Part shown: piece after piece, positions 40,286 to 48,696 of the stretch
Numbering within the stretch: position 1 is the stretch's first letter
How the letters are laid out: each line of letters opens with the position of its first letter
Position numbers and translations under genes: made by a program
Notes under the pieces: generated by a model
What the model was told of the DNA's origin: nothing
The model's input: only the letters and a program-made list of their open reading frames with translations
Database searches by the model: none
Origin: Candidatus Poribacteria bacterium
GTDB lineage: Bacteria; Poribacteria; WGA-4E; WGA-3G
NCBI GenBank assembly: GCA_965198235.1
Contig: OZ240248.1
Span: 3,232,001 to 3,296,000 of the forward strand
DNA: 64,000 bases
Direction: 5' to 3'

Positions 40286-40573
40286 ACTATTAGAATCTGT
40301 TAACCATCGAAGAAACACCCAAGCAAAAACACTCGTGCCTTAACATTTATAACGGAGTCGAGTTGATGGTTAAATCGTTCCAAATGTAAAGCATTCTGCG
40401 CAAGCCTATAGAGGCTTGCGGGACACTGCGAATCAAAATTATGCCATTTAAGGAAACCTAATTTCGTTTCACGATGGTTTTCGGTTAATTTCAACCGAGA
40501 CATCCCAGTATGAACTTCACCAGAGACCTGCCCGAAACGAAGTGGAGGGCAGCTCAGAGGCCCATAGTTAGAA
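40280..40573. repeat. T2SS-junction element (copy C) with nested palindromes
   Basis: TTTTAAACTATTAGAATCTG left end; TTTCGTTTCACGATGGTTTTCGG; right arm ACCTGCCCGAAACGAAGTGGAGGGCAGCTCAGAGGC. Confidence 0.75.
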
Positions 40574-42127
40574 ATGCGGTTCACAAAACGGGATTCCTGT
40601 GTATTCTACAAGGAACAGAGGGGTTTATCTCTCGTCTCAACCCTCTGGATACTCACTATTCTGTCTATTCTTGCGGCGCAGTTGCTCTATTCAATCCATA
40701 TAGAACAGCGTACCCAGCGGAATTTCTTGGACAGATCGAAGTTTCACTACGCTGCAAGAGCAGGCTTCGAGTGGACACTCGCCGTTATGCGCGGTGATCA
40801 AACCCCTTTTGACTCACTCGGTGAAACTTGGGCTGAACCGCTCCAAGGGCAGGTTGAGGATGGGATTCAGATTGGCAATTTCTTAAACTACCAAGTGACA
40901 GTTGTAGATGAGGCATCAAAGGTTAATATCAATATCGCCGACGTAGGGCTTGTCAGTAATTTGCTCGCGCAGGCAGGAGCTCCACCAGATGACGCGCTCA
41001 CTGAAGATCTTGCCAACAGAATTGTGGAGGGACGACCGTATCGCACCGTTCGAGATCTCGCTCGGGTCGAAGGCATGACCTCTGAGCTTCTCTACGGCAC
41101 CCAACAGGAAATAGCCGTCAGCGGTCAGCCGTCGGCAGCCAGCGAGAGAACCTCTTTACTGACAACTGACAGCCGACAGCCGACAGCCGTTCCGCAGGGA
41201 CTTGTTGGCTTGGCTACCATCTATTCGGTTGATGCGAGTACAGATCCGAACGGGGAACCGCTTGTAGATATCAATACAGCAGAGGCAGCGGAGCTGACGG
41301 AAATCAATACACAGCAAAATCAACCGGTTTTCACACAAGCCGAGGCGGAATCGCTCATCCAGCAACGTGATTTTGATAAGTTTGCTGCGCTCATGGATGT
41401 CCAAGCAGTTTCCGATGAACTTTTCAACAATATCCGGGACCAATTGACGACTGAAGATACGGGTGAAGGTGTGCAAGAGGAGGAAACCAACAATCCAGAA
41501 GGGAATTTTGTTCCAGCGCAGCGAGGGACACCGCAATCATCGGATGAAAGTGGAAAAGTTAATATCAATACCGCCGATGTCGAAACTTTGCAGTCCTTAG
41601 AAGGCATTGACCAAGGCATTGCCGAACGCATCGTCAACCATCGTGAGGGGCAAGGGCTTTTCCAGAACATTGATGGAATTAAAGAGGTAAAGATGTTGAC
41701 GCAGCAGGAGTTCATCGGCATTGTTGATAAAATAACACTAAAAGATGGAGATACGCGCCAAGGGCTTATCAATATAAACACAGCACCACCTGAGATATTA
41801 GCACTGCTACCGGGGATGGATCCACAAAAGGCACAGGCGATCGTCGAACGCCGTGAACAGGACGTATCCGATGCCTCGCAGGTCCAGAGTTTTACTGAAG
41901 ACGAGGTAAAAGGAAATCCGTTCACTAACATCTCACAACTGTCCCAAGTAGAGGGAATTGACTTTGGAACGTTCCGCGAGGTTGTCGATTGGGTAACCTA
42001 CCGTTCGCACGGGTATCGTATTGAAGCGAATGGTATTGACCTCGCGGGCAAAGTTGTCTCGACCTGTGTCGGCATCATTGATCGGACGGGTGACCAGATA
42101 ATCGTACAATATTGGCAACAGGATTAA
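40574..42127 (+). CDS. gspK: GspK-like minor pseudopilin with extra ComEA-like helix-hairpin-helix modules
   Basis: RGLSLVSTLWIL, DSLGETW, DEASKVNIN; further VDINTA, VNINTA and ININTA HhH units. Confidence 0.8.
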   Translation: MRFTKRDSCVFYKEQRGLSLVSTLWILTILSILAAQLLYSIHIEQRTQRNFLDRSKFHYAARAGFEWTLAVMRGDQTPFDSLGETWAEPLQGQVEDGIQIGNFLNYQVTVVDEASKVNINIADVGLVSNLLAQAGAPPDDALTEDLANRIVEGRPYRTVRDLARVEGMTSELLYGTQQEIAVSGQPSAASERTSLLTTDSRQPTAVPQGLVGLATIYSVDASTDPNGEPLVDINTAEAAELTEINTQQNQPVFTQAEAESLIQQRDFDKFAALMDVQAVSDELFNNIRDQLTTEDTGEGVQEEETNNPEGNFVPAQRGTPQSSDESGKVNINTADVETLQSLEGIDQGIAERIVNHREGQGLFQNIDGIKEVKMLTQQEFIGIVDKITLKDGDTRQGLININTAPPEILALLPGMDPQKAQAIVERREQDVSDASQVQSFTEDEVKGNPFTNISQLSQVEGIDFGTFREVVDWVTYRSHGYRIEANGIDLAGKVVSTCVGIIDRTGDQIIVQYWQQD

Positions 42128-42362
42128 TTTTTTAATTATGGGCCGCCTGGGCATCGTTCCACTTCGTTTCACGATGGTGTCTGGTAAATTCTGGCGCGAC
42201 TGAGAAGATGTACGGTTTTTAAGAGGGTATCTGGTGAATCCAGAACCCTTTGAGTGCCTGTAGCCGGTTGAAGCAGATCGCTTATGGGCGAATACGCCGC
42301 AAAATTCACCAAAAACCTGCCCGAAACGTAGTGGAGGGCAGCCCAGAGGCAATAAATTAAAA
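42128..42362. repeat. T2SS-junction element (copy D)
   Basis: CTGGGCATCGTTCCACTTCGTTTCACGATGGTGTCTGGT ... ACCAAAAACCTGCCCGAAACGTAGTGGAGGGCAGCCCAGAGGCAATAAATTAAAA. Confidence 0.8.
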
Positions 42363-44150
42363 ATGGCAACAAACCGAGTCGTGGCGATAGACATCGGCAC
42401 AACCACAGCGAAAATTGTTCAACTCGAACAATCATCTACAACCGTGCATCTTACTAATGCAAGCGTCGTGACGTATCCAGACAAAGATGACCGGCTGCAG
42501 GTATCTGAATCGGTGAAACACCTCTGGGACTCTTTAGGGAATCTACCGGTGGAAGGTGGTATCCGCTGGCGCAAGCCTATAGAGGCTTGCGGGACAATAT
42601 TCAACCGAAATAAGACAGAAATAGCACTTGCCCTTCCCCGGTCCTTAGTGAATACCAAACGCTTATCCAATTTGCCGGCTGCAACGGATGACCAACTCGC
42701 AAGTATCGTGGCAATCGCTGCGGAAGCCGAACTCCCTTTTCGCATTGAAGAAGCTATCTTCACGTATCATGATGTACACCAAACATCAGAAGCTTCCTCC
42801 GTAGAATTAATATCCACACGGCGAACGACAGTTTCAAACTATTTGGCTCTCCTTGAGCAGATTGGCGTTTCCGTATCGGCAGTTACACCTTCAATGATAG
42901 CCATAGCGGCGGTCGCCGCAAACAGTGGATGCACAAAGCCTACGTTCATTGTTGACATCGGTGCCGAACAAGCAGACTTCTGTTTCATGCAGGATGGGAG
43001 ACTCCGGTTTTCACGGAGTTTCCGTATCGGTGGTAACCATCTCTCTGAACATCTGAGTCGTACTTTGAATATAGATGTTGAAGCGGCAGCGGAGGAAAAA
43101 CGGCACATCTCGGCACGCGAAACGCCTACATATACTTGGACGACCCAGTTTATCAGCGAACTCCGACGTTCTATTGCTGCCGCTACACATTATGAATCGG
43201 AAGTGAACACCGACGGATATCGGGACCTCACCCTATCAGAGACAGAAACTGAACTCTGGTTATGTGGTGGTGGTGCGCGTGTCCCCGACCTCGCATCTAC
43301 TTGTGAAGCGGAACTCAGCATTTCGACACAATTATGGAATCCGCTTCATGCCGTTCAACAGCATGCCGGTATTGATATCCGTCCTATGCGTCCAGATGTA
43401 GCAGCTATTCTTGATGAGTGGGGCGATACCCTTGCTGTCCCTTTAGGTGTAGGACTCAATGCGTTGAAACCGACAGCCCCAGTCTCCTTGTTGCCGCAGG
43501 AGACAGTTGAGACACTCACGCAAACGACACGCCAGCGCCAACTTTTTGCCGCTGTTGGGTTAGGTATTTTGATAATTGGTGGTGTTCTTTTTGGTGGCTA
43601 CATGCTTCAACGCTCACAACAGTATAGAAGCGAAGCAGTAGATGCGCAGCTCAGGTATTACGCGCAACCGATGACTGCTGCGAAAGTACAACTTGGGAAA
43701 GAGTTAGCACTCACCGATATGTTAGCACATCACATCTCGCCACTTGATATTTTGCATGCCCTTAGCGAGATGTTTGGCGATAGGACACAGGTGGCGTGGA
43801 CTAATTTCAATATTACCAATCTTCACGAACCAACGACAGCGCGCATTACATTCAATTTGGAAAGTGCTTCTCATAATGCCATTAATACGCTCTTACGCGC
43901 GCTTGACCGTTCTGGGGTGTTTACCAATGTCCGTCCGGGTGAAGTCACAACGATTTCTCAAAATAGAAAACAGATTTTCCAAGTGCAGATCCGGTGTAAT
44001 CTAACGGCATCCGCTGTGAAAGCATTTGCCAAAAAACGCTATCCCTTGCCCGAACCACGGATTGATGAAGCGGCGGTAAATACGGAACCTTATTTTGTCC
44101 CCCCTATGTTGGAAACCTTTGAAAACGAGATGAACGAAAAAACGAAATAA
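42363..44150 (+). CDS. PilM (actin-like)-PilN fusion, GspL-equivalent
   Basis: VAIDIGTTTAKIV, IVDIGAEQ, IGGNHL, LCGGGARV, then VSLLP, a TM helix and a periplasmic domain. Confidence 0.8.
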   Translation: MATNRVVAIDIGTTTAKIVQLEQSSTTVHLTNASVVTYPDKDDRLQVSESVKHLWDSLGNLPVEGGIRWRKPIEACGTIFNRNKTEIALALPRSLVNTKRLSNLPAATDDQLASIVAIAAEAELPFRIEEAIFTYHDVHQTSEASSVELISTRRTTVSNYLALLEQIGVSVSAVTPSMIAIAAVAANSGCTKPTFIVDIGAEQADFCFMQDGRLRFSRSFRIGGNHLSEHLSRTLNIDVEAAAEEKRHISARETPTYTWTTQFISELRRSIAAATHYESEVNTDGYRDLTLSETETELWLCGGGARVPDLASTCEAELSISTQLWNPLHAVQQHAGIDIRPMRPDVAAILDEWGDTLAVPLGVGLNALKPTAPVSLLPQETVETLTQTTRQRQLFAAVGLGILIIGGVLFGGYMLQRSQQYRSEAVDAQLRYYAQPMTAAKVQLGKELALTDMLAHHISPLDILHALSEMFGDRTQVAWTNFNITNLHEPTTARITFNLESASHNAINTLLRALDRSGVFTNVRPGEVTTISQNRKQIFQVQIRCNLTASAVKAFAKKRYPLPEPRIDEAAVNTEPYFVPPMLETFENEMNEKTK

Positions 44151-44191
44151 ACGAACCTGATGATAATTATATGTTTCTAAAGGATTAATCT

Positions 44192-45454
44192 ATGGAACTG
44201 GATCTCCAATTAACACCGCGAAGCCGAATCTTGCTTGGTATTTTAGGTGGAGTACTTTTAATCTTGATCGCCATACAGGGAGGTCCCACTTTTTATCGCT
44301 TGTTTGTGAATCAAGACACAAAAGCGAAACAAGAGCAGTTGTTACAGACTCAAAATTTGGTGCATGTTGCAGAAGTCCTCAAGCCTATCGAATCCGAGAT
44401 TTACAAAGAGACCGGGCTGGCACTTGCTGAGAATCAGCAGGGACTTACGAGTTCGCGAGTTGTCAAGACACTCTTTGATACTGAACTACCGGAAACCGTC
44501 ATTAGATCTCGTATTGATGCGCTCGTGAGACGCGCTGGCATTCAACAGAATTATCAGCTCCTCACGAAGCCCGGAACCACTAAGCAAACGCAGAAGCTGA
44601 CAGCGCAAAATCGAGGAGACCTTGTTCTCTATCTCTACCTTAAGCATATAGAGATGGAGGGAATGGAGCTTACTGAGGTGGCTGAGCAGCAAGCAGAAGA
44701 AGACACCTTCAACATGTTAATGGATGCATGGCTATCGGGGACGGAATCCGATGTAGATGAGAAATCGAGTGAAACAGACGGTTTGATGTCTGGAAACGAG
44801 TCAGCAACAAAAGAGACAGAACTCACGGATACAGCAAAACCGGTGAATTCGATAGATGCCGCAGCACGGTGGAAATTCTCCTCGCTTCCAGAGGTAATAC
44901 CCATCCCTGTTCGAGTCAAACTTACAGCATTTATCAAAAGCATGATAACACAGCAACTTCGGGGTGCGACAGATTCGAGGCAGGATTTCTTTGAGACGCA
45001 GCTCCACAGAGTCAAAACCGCCGCTATACCCGGTATCTTCGGTATCGGTGCAAAGCCCGCTACCGTCGAAATCCAATTGCGAAGGGATAGTGTCCTTTTG
45101 GGAATTCTCGTGCAATCAGGGGAGTCCGTAGATATAGGTGAACTCCAATATGCCCTTGTTAAGTACATTGAGGAGATTCAGCAGCAGCGCGCAACGCTTT
45201 TAGAGCAACTCGCGCTGGCACCACTGACGTATCAAACAGAACGCTATACAGTTGAAATGAAATTCAAAACAGATCTTGAGAAACTCGTTAACTTGAACCA
45301 TCTCATCGAAACGGGTGCCAGATGGCTCACGGTGCGTGATTTACGGATCTCCGCCGATAAGCAAACAGGGGCGCGTCCAGGAGCACGCGGTCGAAATTCT
45401 GAGGGTGGGACAAATTTGAATGTGGACATGCTCCTCATCGCTCGAATATTTTAA
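44192..45454 (+). CDS. GspM/PilO-like bitopic protein with large insertion
   Basis: LTPRSRILL plus TM; C-terminal VEMKF...LVNL..LIE...WLTVRDLRI; position in operon. Confidence 0.55.
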   Translation: MELDLQLTPRSRILLGILGGVLLILIAIQGGPTFYRLFVNQDTKAKQEQLLQTQNLVHVAEVLKPIESEIYKETGLALAENQQGLTSSRVVKTLFDTELPETVIRSRIDALVRRAGIQQNYQLLTKPGTTKQTQKLTAQNRGDLVLYLYLKHIEMEGMELTEVAEQQAEEDTFNMLMDAWLSGTESDVDEKSSETDGLMSGNESATKETELTDTAKPVNSIDAAARWKFSSLPEVIPIPVRVKLTAFIKSMITQQLRGATDSRQDFFETQLHRVKTAAIPGIFGIGAKPATVEIQLRRDSVLLGILVQSGESVDIGELQYALVKYIEEIQQQRATLLEQLALAPLTYQTERYTVEMKFKTDLEKLVNLNHLIETGARWLTVRDLRISADKQTGARPGARGRNSEGGTNLNVDMLLIARIF

Positions 45455-45708
45455 ACTATTAGAATCTGGGCACCGCTCCATTACATTACGCGGTGGTTTC
45501 CGGTCAATTTCAACGGGGTCTGAACCCCGTAGAGGTTTTTGCTGTTGGAAGTGCCCGATCCTGATGATCGGAATCAGGCGACTTCTGAGGGATGCTTCTT
45601 CAAAATCCCTGTAGAGCGAGTGGCTATCGTTTAAAAAATCCGTTAACGCACATCAGAAACCTGCCCGTAATGTAATGGAGGGCAGCGCGGAGGCCAATCG
45701 TTTAAAAT
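45449..45708. repeat. T2SS-junction element (copy E)
   Basis: TTTTAAACTATTAGAATCTGGGCACCGCTCCATTACATTACGCGG ... ACCTGCCCGTAATGTAATGGAGGGCAGCGCGGAGGCCAATCGTTTAAAA. Confidence 0.8.
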
Positions 45709-45714
45709 AAAGGA

Positions 45715-48663
45715 TTGGATGTTATGCAAGGAAGAAAATTTTCGTTTATTTTACTATTTTGTTTGGGCTTGCTTATTGTTGGGCTTGCTGAGCTTTACGC
45801 ACAAGAGCAGCAACCTACAATGCGTGTCGCCGAAACTGACGAACAAGGGCGCGCAATCCGTTTCGACTTTAACTTTACAAGCCAGGAGTTAAAAGGGCTT
45901 TTTGAATGGCTCTCGCGAGAGGCTGACCTTACAATCATTGCAAGTGAAGAAGACATTAAAGATAAAAAATTCTCACTTATTAACCTCAATAATGTAACGA
46001 TTGAAGAAGTCATTGAGAAAATCAAAACCGTCCTCACCCAATATGACCTCACGCTCATTCAAACTGATAGTACACTCTTAGTCACTACCTTCGCACGCGC
46101 GATAGCAACGAAAGGCGTTGTTAAAAGCATTCCACCAAACCCCGAACGGGTTGACATGACCGACGAGATCCAAACTTATATCATCCAATTAGATACCGTT
46201 GTCGCATCCGAGCAGGTAGATCGACTCAAGCCGCTTCTCAATAAACAGGCAAATATTTTTGCAGATTCCGCTACGAACGCGCTCGTCATCACTGACATCG
46301 CTTCTAATATACACCGTATTGTTTCTATTCTCCAGATTGCAGATGAAGGTGAACGATTCCCTTTAAAGATTCTCATTGTGCCTCTCACTTACGCTGAAGC
46401 CGAGCCGTTGGCACAGACGCTCACAAACGTTTTTCAAGAGGAGGGCGAAGGCGGTGAGGAGGGCAAAGGACAACGCGGTCGGCTCGGTGGGGATGCGGAG
46501 CAAGCAAAAGCCGCAGCATCTCAGATGAAAGCCGATGGCACCGGCTATGAAGTCCTTCAAGGCAGAATTAAGATTATCGCCGACACTAACTCAAATTCAC
46601 TCGTGCTCAAAGCGTCCGAGGCAAATCTTGTTTTCCTCCAAGAAATTATCAAGGAACTCGACATTGCACCCAACGTCAAAACCGAGATACGTACTTTCCG
46701 CCTTAAATACGCAACCGCTGCAGATGTCGCACAAACCCTCCAAGAAGTACTGACCGGTGATAGTCCCGATAATCGACGTAGAATGGACGCTTGGGATCGA
46801 GCGAAATTGAGAAACTATCAACGCGAACAGGGTATTGATACATCCCAAGGCATCGTCGGTGCTGTCAATGTTTCCCATAACGACCGAATCAACGTCGTTG
46901 TCGTTTCATCCGATCCACGCAACTTCTCTATTATTGAGAAGGTAATCAATGAACTTGACCAGGAGCAAACGCAAGAAGAAATTAGACTCTATTTTCTTAA
47001 GTTCGCTGATGCTGAAACCCTTGCCCCGAGTCTGCAAGACCTCTTTGAAGGTGGTAGCACAGGAGCAGACAGGGACCGCCCTTGGTGGCGACGCAGGGAA
47101 CGGGAACCGACTGAAAGCACTGGTTTCGGAGTCCAAGGCGAGGTTCATCTCGTTGCGGATTTACGCCTCAATGCCATTCTCATATCAACGAGTGCGCAAA
47201 ACTTTGAAACCATTGATGCACTCATCAAAAGACTTGATGTCAACATGCCGGACCAGGAGTGGGGTACTCGCATGTATAAACTCAGGTACGCTGACGCAGC
47301 TAACGTTGCGGCTGTCATCAATAACATCTATCAAGGCAGTTCCCAAAACACTGGAAACTTTTTCTTTTTCCTCGCTGAACGACAACGCAATCAAACACAA
47401 GGTTCTCTCGCTGGCAACGTCACTGCCGAATCTTATCCGACGCTCAATGCTGTTATCGTCTCAACCGCCACGCAACGCAACTTTGACCTCATCACGGAGT
47501 TTATTAACTCCATGGATGTCCCCACACCGGCAGGGCAAAAAGAGGTCACTGAAGCAATTCGTCTTGAATATGGGAGTGCAGATCATCTCCAGGAAGTACT
47601 CCAACAGGTTTGGGAGGGAGAGGAAGGTAGCGGTGGTTTTAGCTTTAGCCGTTTCTTTGCGTCCGGTGGCAGACAACAACAGCAAGACATCAACTCCTTA
47701 CGTGGAAAAGTCACCGTCTTTGCTGATGCCGACACGAATTCCCTGATTGTCACGACGCAGCAGCGATACCTCCCAGATATCAAGGCACTCATTAAGAAGT
47801 TAGACTTTGTCCGAGGTCAGGTCTGGATAGACATCCAGATTCTCGAAGTGACGCTCGATGAGACAACTAAACTCGGCATTGAACTGACCGCACAGGAGAA
47901 CAGAATCTTCGGAGTATCTGCAGCCCCCGGTAACCCGCTTATTGGAGAACTTGACTCGCGACTCGGTCTTGAAGCGGAGATTTCAGGGTTTAACCTCGGT
48001 TTGGTAACTAAGGAGTATATGGCACTCCTCCATACCCTGATGCGCGAGAACAAGGTGCAAACCCTTTCGACGCCTTCACTTTTGACCCGTGATAGTTGGA
48101 ATGCCACGTGGAGTAGTGGCAGACGCATACCGTATCTCCAGAGCGTTGATACGACCAGCATCTTAGGTGAAGCTGTCTCACAACCGCTTTTCAACTACGA
48201 TTTCATTGATCCGCCCGTGGGTATCAATATCTCACTCACGCCTTATATCGCCAAGTCACAAGCAGTCGAGGACGGCAAGCGGACTATCGGATTGGATATT
48301 GAGAATATCAGTGCCAGCAACTTCATTGAGTTTACTGATTTCAATGCCCCCATTACCGATGACAACGCCATCAGTGTCTATATTGATGTCGAGGACGGTC
48401 AACAGATTGTCGTCGGTGGCATCATCCGTAAGAAACAGAAGCAGGTAGAGAGCAAACTTCCAATTTTGGGTGATATTCCGTTCATCGGCAGACTCTTCAA
48501 AAACACCGAAACCGCTGTCGAGGATGCTGAGATTGTTATTATCATTACGCCGCACATTGTAGACATCAAGAATCCTGAGGACCTCGAGAAACTCAAGGAG
48601 AAAGCGGACAATTGGCAGAATAACGGTCCTACCCAAATGGAGACGGAGACACCAGAGAAGTAG
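45715..48663 (+). CDS. gspD: secretin GspD with expanded N-domain repeats
   Basis: Repeated L.YA.A..A..L and D...N.L.V units; QVWIDIQILEV; VGGII, LPILGDIPFIGRLF, IIITPHIV. Confidence 0.92.
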   Translation: MDVMQGRKFSFILLFCLGLLIVGLAELYAQEQQPTMRVAETDEQGRAIRFDFNFTSQELKGLFEWLSREADLTIIASEEDIKDKKFSLINLNNVTIEEVIEKIKTVLTQYDLTLIQTDSTLLVTTFARAIATKGVVKSIPPNPERVDMTDEIQTYIIQLDTVVASEQVDRLKPLLNKQANIFADSATNALVITDIASNIHRIVSILQIADEGERFPLKILIVPLTYAEAEPLAQTLTNVFQEEGEGGEEGKGQRGRLGGDAEQAKAAASQMKADGTGYEVLQGRIKIIADTNSNSLVLKASEANLVFLQEIIKELDIAPNVKTEIRTFRLKYATAADVAQTLQEVLTGDSPDNRRRMDAWDRAKLRNYQREQGIDTSQGIVGAVNVSHNDRINVVVVSSDPRNFSIIEKVINELDQEQTQEEIRLYFLKFADAETLAPSLQDLFEGGSTGADRDRPWWRRREREPTESTGFGVQGEVHLVADLRLNAILISTSAQNFETIDALIKRLDVNMPDQEWGTRMYKLRYADAANVAAVINNIYQGSSQNTGNFFFFLAERQRNQTQGSLAGNVTAESYPTLNAVIVSTATQRNFDLITEFINSMDVPTPAGQKEVTEAIRLEYGSADHLQEVLQQVWEGEEGSGGFSFSRFFASGGRQQQQDINSLRGKVTVFADADTNSLIVTTQQRYLPDIKALIKKLDFVRGQVWIDIQILEVTLDETTKLGIELTAQENRIFGVSAAPGNPLIGELDSRLGLEAEISGFNLGLVTKEYMALLHTLMRENKVQTLSTPSLLTRDSWNATWSSGRRIPYLQSVDTTSILGEAVSQPLFNYDFIDPPVGINISLTPYIAKSQAVEDGKRTIGLDIENISASNFIEFTDFNAPITDDNAISVYIDVEDGQQIVVGGIIRKKQKQVESKLPILGDIPFIGRLFKNTETAVEDAEIVIIITPHIVDIKNPEDLEKLKEKADNWQNNGPTQMETETPEK

Positions 48664-48696
48664 GCGTTGCGAAAACAAGCAAACTGGAGATTTTTG

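Noticed and set aside
46949-47746. 265-aa alternative-frame ORF inside gspD
   Set aside because: Shadow ORF of a well-supported gene; no motifs
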